Shown here: positions 52,578-62,839 of the stretch, piece after piece
Position numbering within the stretch: the first letter of the stretch is position 1
Layout: each line of letters begins with the position of its first letter
DNA from: an uncultured Gemmatimonadales bacterium
GTDB taxonomy: Bacteria > Gemmatimonadota > Gemmatimonadetes > Gemmatimonadales > GWC2-71-9
Direction of reading: 5' to 3'
Length of the DNA stretch: 64,000 nt
NCBI GenBank assembly: GCA_963748815.1
Contig: CAVVKJ010000010.1
Span: 992,001-1,056,000, forward strand
Notes under the pieces: generated by a model
Database searches by the model: none
Seen by the model: the letters and a program-made list of their open reading frames with translations, nothing else
What the model was told of the DNA's origin: nothing
Translations under genes and position numbers: made by a program

Positions 52578-53528
52578 TCAGATTTCCCAATTGGAAAAGA
52601 GCACTCCCGAGACCGGCGGCTCGGGAAACCCGCCCAGCGTCATCCGCAGGTCGGTCCAGTGGGCCTGCCAGCCCGCGCTGACCAGCGACTGATACGCCTC
52701 CCCCTGCCCCGCCTGACAGCGAACGGTGACCCGCTCCACCCCCTCCTCCTCTGCCACCGACTCCACCCCGGCGAGGACGGACTGCATCGCCGGCACATCC
52801 GCCGCCACCAGTTTCAGCACCCGCAAGTCCTCCCGCGGCCGCCCTTCGGCGAGCGGGGCGGCGTGCCAGAGGGCGTACGCCGCCAGCGCGCCGTCGCGGC
52901 GAAAGAGGGTGGTATCGCCGACGCCCAATTCTTCGGTGAGGCGGATCTCCCGCTCGAAATCCAGGCCGGCGGCCACCGACCCGGTCAGGGCGGCACACTC
53001 CGCGACGGCGTCTGCCGCCCCGTCACGTGAGAGCCGGGTGCAGCCGATGGTCGGGCCCGCTTCCGGCGGGCGCGCCAGCGTGATCGTCAGCGGGCCAGGC
53101 AGGAAACCCAGCCGGCTGTAGAAACCGATGTTCTCGACGGTGCGAGGCATCGTCTCCAGCCCGATGGTCCGCGCCGACTGCGACTTGAGCCAGTCCACGC
53201 CGGCGAGGACGAGGACCTTGCCGAGGCCCTCACCCTGGCGGTCGGGACGGACCGCGAGCGGCCCCATCCACCCCTCGGTGCCGGAGCGGTGCGCGAGATT
53301 GAATCCCACGATGTCCCCGGCGCGGTCGCGCCAGAGCATGGCGCCCTTTCCGGCCGACTCGAGGGCGAAGCGCCAGACATCCTGGTTCAGAAACGGGACC
53401 CGCACCCCCGGCATACCGTCTCGGCGGTACCGGTCGGTGAAGGCGTTGGAGAAGATGCGGTTGAGGGGCTCGATATCGTCGAGGGTGGGTCGTTCCGGTC
53501 CGCGCACCCCCTTGTCACGCCGCCACAT
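52578..53528 (-). CDS. Tandem GNAT N-acetyltransferase
   Basis: GPLAVRPDRQGEGLGK, NIGFYSRLGF; second degenerate GNAT half. Confidence 0.85.
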   Translation of the reverse strand: MWRRDKGVRGPERPTLDDIEPLNRIFSNAFTDRYRRDGMPGVRVPFLNQDVWRFALESAGKGAMLWRDRAGDIVGFNLAHRSGTEGWMGPLAVRPDRQGEGLGKVLVLAGVDWLKSQSARTIGLETMPRTVENIGFYSRLGFLPGPLTITLARPPEAGPTIGCTRLSRDGAADAVAECAALTGSVAAGLDFEREIRLTEELGVGDTTLFRRDGALAAYALWHAAPLAEGRPREDLRVLKLVAADVPAMQSVLAGVESVAEEEGVERVTVRCQAGQGEAYQSLVSAGWQAHWTDLRMTLGGFPEPPVSGVLFSNWEI

Positions 53529-55941
53529 CGCGGCCTCCACCCTCCAGCAACTCCTCGTGGACCACCGCGACCCGGCGCGCCGGGTCGCGCTCGACGCGGA
53601 TGATCCGGTCGAACCCCTCCCGGACCGCCTCGATGTGGGTAATAAGGATGACCTGCGGGAACCGGTCGGCCAGGCTCCGGAGCAGGTCCATCACCGCCGC
53701 GCGCCGTTCCTCGTCCAGGGAACCGAAAATCTCGTCCAGCACCAGGAGCGAGAGCGGCTGCCCCGCCCGCTCGGCGATCATCTGGCTGATGGCGAGGCGG
53801 AGCGCGAGGTACGCCACATCTTCCTCGCCGCCGGAAATCACCGGCTTCGCCTCCCCCTCGTCCACGAGGGTCGGCATGTAGCTCTCGTCGAGTTCGAGGT
53901 CGGAATACCGCCCGTTGGTCAGGTCGCGGAGGAAGGCGGAGGCGAGCTCGGACAGATCGGGCCGGAGCTGCGCATTCAAGTCGGTGCGCAGGTCGGTCAG
54001 CGCCCGGTCGAGTTCCTGGGTGACCAGCGCGCGCCGCTCGACTCCCCGGACCTCTTCCTCGCGCGCCTGGCGCTCGGCGCGTCGCTGCGCCGCGGCGCGC
54101 GCCGCCTCCTCCGCGGTGGCCCGCTCTCCCCTCGCCTCGACCACCTGCAACTCCGCCCGCTGCCGCTCCTCCTCCGCCGCGGCCACCAGCGACCGCACCT
54201 CCTCGAACTCCGGTTCCGAAAACCCGAGTTCCTGCCGCTGGTGCCGGAGTGCGGTCAGCACCTCCTCGCGGACGCTCACCGCCTGCTCGGCGGCCAGCAA
54301 TTCCGGCGCAAGGCGGGCGGCGCGTTCCGCGAGCCCGCGGTACCGCTCGGCCTCCAGCGCCTTGGCCTCCAGCGCCTTCAGCTCCTGCTGGACGACCTTG
54401 TGGCGCTCGGGGTCGTACGTCCCTTCCGCCCCCTTCAGGGACGCCTGCAGCTCGACCATGGTCCGTTCCTGGACCGCGCGCTTCTCCCGAAGCGCCGGCG
54501 CCTCCCTGAGGGGCGCCTCCAGGCGACCGACGGCGGCCGCCGCCGCCTCCGCCGCCGCTTCCGCCTTGACCCGCTGCGCCTCCAGCTCGCGAACGTCGGC
54601 GGGCTCCGGCTCGAGCTGGGCCACCCGCTTCTTGTAGAAGTTGCCGTTGAACTTCACTTCCTCCACCTGGCGGCTGAGGACCTCGCGCACCGACTCGAAA
54701 TCGGTCCCGAGCGGCCGGGAGCAGGTCGGGCAGGCGCCGTCCTGCCCCGCCTCCGTGATCCGGTCGAACTGCTCCTGCAGGTCGCGGTACTGATCGCGCA
54801 ACGCCAGCAGCTTGGTCCGCGCATCCTGGAGGTCGCGCACCCACGCCGTGTGCTTCTCTTCCGCCTGCTCCGCGGCGCCGAGCGACGCCGCGCGGGCTGC
54901 GGCCGCCGCCGCGCGCGCCGCCTCCAGCTGCTCTGCCGTGGGGAGCGCGGCGAGCCGCTGGTCGAGATCGGCCAGGGTGGCGCGCGCGCCCTCGATCTTC
55001 GCGGACAGCGCCGCCCGGTGCGACGACGCCGCGTAGCGCTGCTGCAGCGCCTCGTGCTCGGCGCGCAGCGCCGGCAGGGGCGCCAGCTCCTCGCCGAGAC
55101 TGGCGAGATGGCTGTGCGCCTGGAGGGCATCGGCAATTTGCCGGTCGAGATCGCGAGTCCGCTCCTGTGAGGTCGTCACCTGGTGCTCGGCGACGCGAAT
55201 GTCGCCCTCGAGCGACTGTACCCGCGTGCGGAGCTGCTGCATGGTATCCCAGCGGGGACTCACCTCCGCCAGGCGCGCCGCCGCGGTGCGCACCGCCTCC
55301 TGCGCCTTGCCGTCGCGTTCGCTGGCCGCCGCGGCCAGGCCGGCCACCCGCAGCTCCTCGACGTCAAGCGCCCCGGCGTCCACCAGCCCCGCCTGCAGCG
55401 CCTGCAGCCGTGCCCGGAGTTCGCTCCGCGTTTCCTTGAGGTGTTCCTGCGCGACGCGCAACCGCTCGAATCCGAGCACCCGCGCGAGGAACTGCGCCCG
55501 CTCCGGGGCGCTCATCCGGGCCATGACCATCAGGTCCTTTTGCCCGGTGAAATAGGTGTTGAAGAATTCGGCGCGGGTCATTCCGAGGAGATGCGACAGC
55601 TTTTCGGTCACGGTGCCGAGGCTGTTGGCGATCGGCGCGGGATCACCGTCCTGGAAGAGCTCGGCCTGGCTGAGGCTCCGCACCACCCGGAACTCGTGCG
55701 CGCCGAGCGCAAAGTCGAGCTCCACGCGGACCGGCGAGCGGGGCGGCGCGCCGCGGCGACGGATGGAGTCGCGGGTGCCGCGTGCCGCCGGCGTCCCGTA
55801 CATCGCGAAGGCGATGGCCTCGAGCAGCGTGGACTTGCCCGAGCCGTTCGCGCCGACGATGCCGGTCAGGCCGGCGCCGAGGACCAGTTCGGAGTCCTCG
55901 TGCTGACGAAAATTGACGAGACGGAGGCGGTGGATCTGCAT
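53515..55941 (-). CDS. sbcC: SbcC/Rad50-family SMC ATPase
   Basis: NFRQH, GANGSGKS, coiled coil with zinc hook CPTC, SGGE, LDEIFGSLD, ITH. Confidence 0.93.
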   Translation of the reverse strand: MQIHRLRLVNFRQHEDSELVLGAGLTGIVGANGSGKSTLLEAIAFAMYGTPAARGTRDSIRRRGAPPRSPVRVELDFALGAHEFRVVRSLSQAELFQDGDPAPIANSLGTVTEKLSHLLGMTRAEFFNTYFTGQKDLMVMARMSAPERAQFLARVLGFERLRVAQEHLKETRSELRARLQALQAGLVDAGALDVEELRVAGLAAAASERDGKAQEAVRTAAARLAEVSPRWDTMQQLRTRVQSLEGDIRVAEHQVTTSQERTRDLDRQIADALQAHSHLASLGEELAPLPALRAEHEALQQRYAASSHRAALSAKIEGARATLADLDQRLAALPTAEQLEAARAAAAAARAASLGAAEQAEEKHTAWVRDLQDARTKLLALRDQYRDLQEQFDRITEAGQDGACPTCSRPLGTDFESVREVLSRQVEEVKFNGNFYKKRVAQLEPEPADVRELEAQRVKAEAAAEAAAAAVGRLEAPLREAPALREKRAVQERTMVELQASLKGAEGTYDPERHKVVQQELKALEAKALEAERYRGLAERAARLAPELLAAEQAVSVREEVLTALRHQRQELGFSEPEFEEVRSLVAAAEEERQRAELQVVEARGERATAEEAARAAAQRRAERQAREEEVRGVERRALVTQELDRALTDLRTDLNAQLRPDLSELASAFLRDLTNGRYSDLELDESYMPTLVDEGEAKPVISGGEEDVAYLALRLAISQMIAERAGQPLSLLVLDEIFGSLDEERRAAVMDLLRSLADRFPQVILITHIEAVREGFDRIIRVERDPARRVAVVHEELLEGGGRDVAA

Positions 55942-57119
55942 CAGTCCTCCGCCAACTCGCGCTCGGCGGAAGCCACCAGGTCGACGCCCTCGCTCACGAA
56001 CGCCACCCGGTCGATCCCTGCCGGCAACGGGCGACGACTGAGATAGTCCTGCACAATGTCCGGGAGCGTCTGTCGCCGGCCAGGTGCACCGACGCCGGTG
56101 CTTCGGCTCGGCTCCGGCCGCCGCAGGTCGAGCTGGAAATGCAGCGCCTCGGATTTCCAGCCCCGCAGCGCGGCGTGGTCGAGCTGCCGACCGACGTGCC
56201 GGGGCACGCCGGTCACGACGAGGCGGACCACCTGATCCTCGATGCCGCCCGGCACCCCGGCGACCCGCGCGGTGATCGCCGCCTGCAACTCATCGGGGGC
56301 CATGTCGGTGCCGTCGAGCCGGGGCAGGTCGAGGACGCGCCGGGCCGGAACGATCGGCTGCGGCGCCGCGACCCCCGTATCAAGGTCCACCAGCAGCCAT
56401 CCCTTCCCCGCCACCCCCTTTTCCGCCTCGTCCCGCAACTCTCCCCAGGGATTGGTGCTCACGTACTCCAGCGCGCCGCAGTACCAGGCCCGTGCACCGA
56501 GCGGCGTCTGGACGTGGTAGTGGCCGAAGGCGACGTAGCTCCATTCGCCGGGGCCGAATTCGTCGGGCCGCACCACGGCCCCGCCGTACTCGACGGCGGA
56601 ACGATCCGACGGGAAGATGCCATCCACTTCGCCGTGGGCGACGAGCACCTCGTAGCGGGCACTCCCATCGGGCCGCAATACCGGTCGCTGCGGCTGCACC
56701 AGCGCCTCGTGCGGAACGGCCAGGACGCTCAGGTCGAGCTGCGGATAGCTGAACCGCCGCGCCTCGTGGGTGGCGACGTCCACGCCCAGCTCATCGAAGA
56801 GGCGGAGGATGCTGCCGGTCTCGGTGGAGCGCGGCGTGTCGTGGTTCCCGGCGATCAGGACGATCGGCGCATCGGGCAGCTCGGCGCGGAGGCGCTGGAA
56901 CTGCTGAAAGGCAAAGACGATGGCGGCGTTGGTGGGCCGGACGGAATGGAAGAGATCGCCCGCCACGATGACGACGTCAGGGCGCGCGGCCACCACGCCG
57001 TCCACGGCCTGGCGGAACGCCATGGCGGTGTCGGCCTCCCGCTGGTTGATGCCGGCGGGCGTCTGCCGATGGTATTGCCGGAACCCGAGGTGGAGGTCGG
57101 CGAGATGGGCGAGTTTCAC
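55941..57119 (-). CDS. sbcD: SbcD/Mre11-family nuclease
   Basis: ADLHLG, AGDLF, AGNHD, AHG, FGHYH. Confidence 0.93.
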   Translation of the reverse strand: MKLAHLADLHLGFRQYHRQTPAGINQREADTAMAFRQAVDGVVAARPDVVIVAGDLFHSVRPTNAAIVFAFQQFQRLRAELPDAPIVLIAGNHDTPRSTETGSILRLFDELGVDVATHEARRFSYPQLDLSVLAVPHEALVQPQRPVLRPDGSARYEVLVAHGEVDGIFPSDRSAVEYGGAVVRPDEFGPGEWSYVAFGHYHVQTPLGARAWYCGALEYVSTNPWGELRDEAEKGVAGKGWLLVDLDTGVAAPQPIVPARRVLDLPRLDGTDMAPDELQAAITARVAGVPGGIEDQVVRLVVTGVPRHVGRQLDHAALRGWKSEALHFQLDLRRPEPSRSTGVGAPGRRQTLPDIVQDYLSRRPLPAGIDRVAFVSEGVDLVASAERELAED

Positions 57120-57173
57120 AGGTAGGAGAATGCGCCGCCCGGGGGCCGGGGGCAAGGCAGGGCGGAGCCCGCG

Positions 57174-59100
57174 CTACGACGAATATGGATCCGGCGTCCC
57201 GCGCAGGGGCAGCACCCCGCTCCGGCGGGTGACCAACTCCGGTTCAACCCGCCGCCCCAGCGCCGCGGTGAAGTAGGCCAGGACATCGTCGGGCCGCAGC
57301 TGCCGGGTGCGGGCCAGCGCCCCCCGGACGTCGGCTTCCCGGTGCCCGTCCACGAGCGCGCGAACCTTGTCGGTGCCGATGGCGGGGTCCATCGACCGGA
57401 GTTGCCGGGCGACCGCCTCGTCGAATGGCAGGTCGGTCGCCGGCGGGAAGCGCTCCACACCATCTCGGCCGGAGAGCACGCAGGGCCGCGGGAAGCGAAG
57501 GAATACCGGCTGCGTGAAATGCGGATGCCGCACCATCAGCTCGCCCTTGGGGAGCGTCGCCAGCTTGATCTTGGTGGCCGGCGAGAGCGTGGCGTACCCG
57601 GCAGTGGCCAGTTCGTCAGGATCCATCCGCCCGTAGATGGTGGTGCCGGCGTTGCCGACCACCCGCCGGAGCACCTGGGAGCGGAACTGCTGGGCGGAGA
57701 AGAGCACCAGCCCGAGATACCGTCCCCGCTCCGAGAGGTCGAGCAGCATCTTCCGCACGTAGGTGTCCGGTGCCGTCGGCCGGAGCGTACTTGTTGAGCT
57801 CGTCCACAAATACGACCACATGGTCCACGCCCAGGTCTCTGCCGCTCAAGATGCTCGCGCAGCTTGCTCACCACGCGGGCAAAGACGAGGTCCTGGGCCA
57901 GCGGATCGACGCTCGCAACATCCACCACGTAGACGCCGCGGTCCTCGAAGGCGCCCCAGGGCAGGTCGTTGGAGGCGCCGTCGTCGGTCACCAGCCCCTT
58001 GGCGCGGGTGGTGATGTTGCCGAGGCGATTGCGGACCTTCCGGATGGTGGCGATGTGATGGGTGCGCCAGACGTCGCCCCGGTTCTTCGTTTCCAGGCTA
58101 TCGAAGATGGCGCGGAAGAACGCCTCGAGGTCGGCAAAGGTCAGGACCCGCCAGTCGGTCGGCTGCAGCTCCGGCGCGTGGAAGTCGCGCCCCGACCACC
58201 CGATCGGCCAGGAAATCGATGAAGGCGTCGGCCTTGGCGTCCAGGTCGTCGCGGTTGAGCACCACTTCGGCGTATTCCAGCACCTCGCGGAGCCCCCAGG
58301 TCAGCGGCTCCGTGTTGGCCGCCAGGTCGGGATGGGTGCGCAAGGTGTTGAGGTTGACGCCATCGGGCTTGCAGGGAGCGAAGTAGTGGACGTGCTCGAA
58401 AGGCTTGGGCTCCAGCCCGAGCCGGTCGTAGGACGCGATGTCGTCCGCGGACAGTTCGGCCGGCTGATCGAGGAAGCAGAGGTCGGGCCCCTTCACGTTG
58501 AAGCAGAGGGCGGCCACCGAGCCCTTGTGCCGCGGGAAGGTCTGGAAGATGCTGGTCAGGAAGAACTCGACCGCGCTGGTCTTCGTGGCGAGGCCGGAGA
58601 CGCCGGTGATGTTGAGGTGCGCCGCCTCGGGGCCGAGGAGGAAATCGGCGTCGAGGTAGACCGGCGCCGCCAGTCCCGCCGCGCCGTAGGTCCCCACCGG
58701 GATGCCGGTGACGCGCTCTCCCGTCGGTGAACGCGTCCATGCGCAGCGCCGACCGCACATCGTCGTCGGTCGCCATGCGCACCTCGCCGAGGGGAACCGG
58801 CTGCAGCGGCTCCTCGGGCTCCTGGCGGAGGACCGCGGCGGTGTAGAGGCGAATCTCGGTGCGGGCCGTGCGTGCGTCGGCGCCCTGCGCGGGGTCCCCG
58901 CCCGCCCCCGCGACGGCGTCGAGGGGACGCGCCAGGTCGGCGTACGCCGCCGCGTCCATCACGACACCATACACGACGCGACCGGGGGCATCGACGCGCA
59001 CGATGGCGCCGACCCCCACGGGCGATTCCCGCGCGGTCCAGAAGTGAAATTGATGGGGAGTGGAGGGCCGAAGCTCGGTGGCGACGACGCGGCCGATCAG
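57174..59100 (-). CDS. HerA-like ATPase (HAS barrel + P-loop), interrupted by four +1 frameshifts
   Basis: IGRVVATE..STPHQFHFW, HLNITGVSGLATKTS, FNVKG, VFVDELNKY, SERGRYLGLVLFSAQQ, spread across frames; breaks near 58720, 58190, 57845 and 57772; probable CTG start. Confidence 0.8.
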
Positions 59101-59597
59101 ATCGGGGCGAATGGCGGGACCTCCGTCAGCCAGAACCCGGCGAGTCGGCGCTTGTGGTCCAGCTCGACCAGCAGGTGATCCGCGACGCGCACCACCTCGA
59201 CCTCCCGGCGCCCGCCGATGCGGAGGTGCACAATCTTCTCGTCGGGCGTGGCCGAGACCGACAGGGTGGTGTCCACCTCGACGGCGGACACCGACTGCCG
59301 GGAGGCCTTGGTCGGCAGCAGCACCCGCCCGGCGCGCGCCCCGTCCGGCGGGGCCAGCCCCGGCACGGTATCCACTTCGGGCCAGACCACGACGTCGAGG
59401 CCGCAGAGCACGCCACCGGCGACGTCGAGGACGATGACCGATCCCTCCTCATCGGAGAGCTCGACGCTCCCCTCCTGCCCGCCGCCGTCCACGGCGGCCC
59501 GAAACCCGCCGGAGAGAATGTCGGTCTCGACGTCCCAGCGCCATTCAACGGAGGGAAGCCTCCCCTCGAGCGGTTCGACCCGGGTATCGACGTTCAT
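59097..59597 (-). CDS. Hypothetical protein, possibly a tandem DUF2283-like repeat
   Basis: Two similar halves (WDVETDIL..LDV.GG.L.GLDV and DEKIVHL..VELD...LAGFWL); stop overlaps the herA start. Confidence 0.55.
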   Translation of the reverse strand: MNVDTRVEPLEGRLPSVEWRWDVETDILSGGFRAAVDGGGQEGSVELSDEEGSVIVLDVAGGVLCGLDVVVWPEVDTVPGLAPPDGARAGRVLLPTKASRQSVSAVEVDTTLSVSATPDEKIVHLRIGGRREVEVVRVADHLLVELDHKRRLAGFWLTEVPPFAPI

Positions 59598-59606
59598 CGG
59601 GGGCTC

Positions 59607-60815
59607 CTAGGCGGCCTGGGCGGCGGTGAGCCGGCCGATGAACTTGAGAATGCGGTCCACGCCGGCGTCGAGTTCCTTGTCCGCTGCAGCATAGCTGAGC
59701 CGGACCCACCGGTCGTCTCCAAACGCCGCACCCGGTACCAGCGCCACGCCCTCCTCGGCCATGAGCCTCTCGCAGAAGGCGGCGCCACCACCCCCCGGCC
59801 CGGTCAACCCGTCCACCCGGAAGAAGAAGTAGAAGGCGCCGTGCGGCTCGACGAACTCGACGCCCGGCACCTCGCGGCGGAACCGCGCCACGAGCCGGTC
59901 GCGCCGCGCGCGGAAGGCGGCGACCATGCGGAGCACGTCGGCCTCGACCCGCTCGTCGCTGAAGGCCGTGGCCGAGGCCCACTGCGCCGGATGATTGGCC
60001 CCGGTCGTGGTGTGCGACTGCAGCGCGGCCATTCCCTTGAACACGTGCGTCGGCGCGAGCGCGGCGCCGATGCGCCACCCGGTCATCGCGTAGGCCTTGC
60101 TGGCGCCGGCGATGACGACCGTCCGCTCCAGCAGGTCGTCCGGCAGGTCGAGGAAGCTCGGCGCCGCCTTTGCCCCGTAGTTGATCCGCCGGTAGATCTC
60201 GTCGGCAATGATCCAGACTTCATTCTTCCTGGCCCACTCCGCGATCGCCTTCAGCTCCGGCAGGGTGTACACCGCCCCCGTCGGGTTGCACGGCGAGCAG
60301 ATGATGAGCCCCTTGGTGCGCGTGGTGGAATGGTTGTCGAGCTCCTTGGCGCCGACCTTCAGCCCCCACTCGATGTCGCCAGGCACGAGCACCGGCTCGG
60401 CGCGGCAGAGATGCACGATTTGCGGATAGGAGACCCAGGCCGGCGCCGGGATCAGTACCTGGTCGTTGGGGCCGAAGAGGGTGAAGCAGGCGTTGAAGAG
60501 GGAGTGCTTCGAGCCGGAACTGACAAGGATGTTGTCGGCGTTGACCGGCCGACCGCCACTGAGCGCGGAGAGGTTCTTCGCGATGGCGGTGCGGAGCTCC
60601 GGAATGCCCGGATTCGGCGGATAGTGAGTCATCCCCTTCTGGATGGCGGTGATGCCCGCCTGGGCCGCCACCATCGGCGTGTCGAAATCCGGCTCGCCGA
60701 GGCTGAGATCGAAGACCTCCTCGCCGGCGGCGCGGCGGCGCTTCGTTTCGGCGCTGATCGCGATCGTCTCGGAGGGCTTCAGGTGCACCAGGTTGAGCGA
60801 GAGCGGTTCGGGCAT
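59607..60815 (-). CDS. PLP-dependent class I/II aminotransferase (aspartate aminotransferase-like)
   Basis: GEPDF, SPCNPTG, DEIY, SKAYAMTGWRIG, P.GAFY, RLSYA. Confidence 0.95.
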   Translation of the reverse strand: MPEPLSLNLVHLKPSETIAISAETKRRRAAGEEVFDLSLGEPDFDTPMVAAQAGITAIQKGMTHYPPNPGIPELRTAIAKNLSALSGGRPVNADNILVSSGSKHSLFNACFTLFGPNDQVLIPAPAWVSYPQIVHLCRAEPVLVPGDIEWGLKVGAKELDNHSTTRTKGLIICSPCNPTGAVYTLPELKAIAEWARKNEVWIIADEIYRRINYGAKAAPSFLDLPDDLLERTVVIAGASKAYAMTGWRIGAALAPTHVFKGMAALQSHTTTGANHPAQWASATAFSDERVEADVLRMVAAFRARRDRLVARFRREVPGVEFVEPHGAFYFFFRVDGLTGPGGGGAAFCERLMAEEGVALVPGAAFGDDRWVRLSYAAADKELDAGVDRILKFIGRLTAAQAA

Positions 60816-60946
60816 TGCGGAGTCCGGAGGGGAGTGGGAAATGTCGAGCCGAAAGCTCCCCACGCCGCAGGGTGATGTCAACTGCGCCCGCGGTGGCATC
60901 CGGGGCGCGGTCCGCTTATTCTTGAGCCCCGGCGCGAGCCGACTAT

Positions 60947-62410
60947 TTGACAACCGAGGGTCCTGTGTCCGAGTCATTCATGTTTGCGTCCCCTGCCGAC
61001 CTCGCCGAGGCGGCCACGACCGCCGAGCGCGGCCACAACGTCGTGGCTGCCCTGCCGCCATGCGCCGCTGGCGCGGCCCCCATCCTCGCCGCACTCGGCA
61101 GGCGACTGGCGGCGGCGCCCTCGACCGGACTCCGGGTCCTCATCCTCGCCACTCCCGACACCTCATCCGACTGGACCGAAGCCGCCACGCGGGCCATGCC
61201 CTCGTGCCGCGTCCGCTCGTCCGGCAACCTGACTCGCACCACCCGGCAGCTCCGCGCCGGGCAGGTGGAGGTGCTGGTCGCGTCTCCCGCCGAGGCGCAG
61301 CAACTCGTCGAGAAATCGGTACTCAAGACCGACCAGCTGTCCGCGGTCATGCTTGCGTGGCCCGAGTCGTGGGGCGGCGCCGAGGCGCTCGCGGTGCTGA
61401 TGCACGACCTCGGCAAGGAGACCCAGCGGATCGTCTGCACCGCGCAGCCGGAGGCGGCCGCGGACGTGATCGAGCGCTACGCCCGGAAGGCGCTGACGGC
61501 AGGGTTCCCGCCGGCGGAGGCGCCTCCGATGAGCCCGCTCGGCCCCGTCCGGACGGTGAGCGTGTCGTGGAACCGGCGTGCGGTGGCGGTGGCCGAGGTG
61601 GTGGAGCTGCTCGACCCGGCCAGGGTGACGGTGTGGTGCCTGGATGCGGCCGGGGTGACCGCGGTCAAGGCGGCGATGGCGGGACACGACGCCGACGCCC
61701 TTATCACCGACGGAGACGTCGAGGCGACGGAGCTCGTGGTGGCGTACGACCTGCCCACGCCGGGCACGCTCCAGGCGCTGATGGCGGCCGGACCGGTGGT
61801 GTTGATGGTTCCGCCGGCAGGCGAGGAGTACGTCGCCCGCATTACCTCGTCACGGCGGAGCCTCAGATTGTCGGGGGCCGTGGACGCGGCGCAGGACGAA
61901 GCGTCGCGCCGACGGGCCACCATTGCGAAGATTCTTGAGGGCGGCGTGCCCGGCACCGGCTTGCTGGCCTTGGCGCCGCTTTTCGAGCGCCACGATCCAT
62001 CGGCGGTGGCGGCGGCGATGTACCAGCTGTGGACCGGCCATGCCAGTGACCCGGTGCCCACCCCGGTCGCTCGCCCGGCCGATCCACCGGCGGCGGTGGA
62101 GTCGTACCCGCCCGGTTCCACGGCGCGGATGTTCGTGAGCGTGGGGCGCCAGGACGGCACCACCGCCGCGGATTTGGTGGCGGTGCTCACCAAGGAAGTC
62201 CGGATCGACAAGTCGAAGATCGGGCGGATCGAGCTGAAGGAGGCCTACTGCCTGGTGGAGTTGCCGGCGGGAGAGGTCGAGCAGATCGTGCGGGGGATGG
62301 ACGGGCGGACGGTGCGGAACAAGAAGATCATGGCCAAGGTGGACCGTGGGCCGGCGTCGCCGGCCCCGAAGCGGCGGGCGCCTACTTCCGGCGGTTCACG
62401 AGCGCCTTGA
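60947..62410 (+). CDS. Degenerate DEAD-box-like protein with C-terminal DbpA RNA-binding domain
   Basis: LRVLIL.T, VLVASP, LVVAYDLP, YVARI; C-terminal RMFVSVGRQDG..ADLV..IGRIEL; Walker A and DEAD motifs absent. Confidence 0.75.
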   Translation: MTTEGPVSESFMFASPADLAEAATTAERGHNVVAALPPCAAGAAPILAALGRRLAAAPSTGLRVLILATPDTSSDWTEAATRAMPSCRVRSSGNLTRTTRQLRAGQVEVLVASPAEAQQLVEKSVLKTDQLSAVMLAWPESWGGAEALAVLMHDLGKETQRIVCTAQPEAAADVIERYARKALTAGFPPAEAPPMSPLGPVRTVSVSWNRRAVAVAEVVELLDPARVTVWCLDAAGVTAVKAAMAGHDADALITDGDVEATELVVAYDLPTPGTLQALMAAGPVVLMVPPAGEEYVARITSSRRSLRLSGAVDAAQDEASRRRATIAKILEGGVPGTGLLALAPLFERHDPSAVAAAMYQLWTGHASDPVPTPVARPADPPAAVESYPPGSTARMFVSVGRQDGTTAADLVAVLTKEVRIDKSKIGRIELKEAYCLVELPAGEVEQIVRGMDGRTVRNKKIMAKVDRGPASPAPKRRAPTSGGSRAP

Positions 62411-62672
62411 GGGCGCTCCCCGGCCGAAAGGCGGGCACCACCGACGCCCGGATCGGAATGGACTTCCCCGTCTTGGGGTCGCGGCCGTTCCGGGCGCCGC
62501 GCTGACGTGGCTCGAAGCTCCCGAACCCCGAAATCTGCACCGTATTTCCCTTCCGAAGCTCCCCTCCAACGATTCCATCCGTCCCGAAGAACGCATCCAC
62601 GATCTCGCTGGCCCGCGCCTTGGACGTGCCGAGCCGCTTGGCGACGGCGGCCACGAGTTCCGACTTCTTCAC
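62382..62672 (-). CDS. hup: HU family DNA-binding protein
   Basis: KKSELV, GFGSF, RNGRDPKTG, PAFRPG. Confidence 0.93.
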   Translation of the reverse strand: MKKSELVAAVAKRLGTSKARASEIVDAFFGTDGIVGGELRKGNTVQISGFGSFEPRQRGARNGRDPKTGKSIPIRASVVPAFRPGSALKALVNRRK

Positions 62673-62777
62673 GCAGGGCTCCTTCGGCGGCATCGGCGGG
62701 GGGAGGGTGCGGCGGCAATATGGTGCGGCGGATTGAGGGGGGCAAGAGTGGACAATCACCGTACCGTTGGTACGTGC

Positions 62778-62806
62778 TTGACCCCACCCCCTCCGCGCGG
62801 TAACCT
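62778..62806 (+). promoter_or_regulatory. Sigma70-type promoter for tdk-coaE
   Basis: TTGACC-N17-TAACCT. Confidence 0.55.
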
Positions 62807-62839
62807 CAGCGACACCCCCCGCACGTGGAGACCCACCGG

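Noticed and set aside
52359..53030. 223-aa protein as listed in the ORF track
   Set aside because: Only the first ~50 residues look protein-like; the rest overlaps the GNAT gene antisense by ~450 nt.
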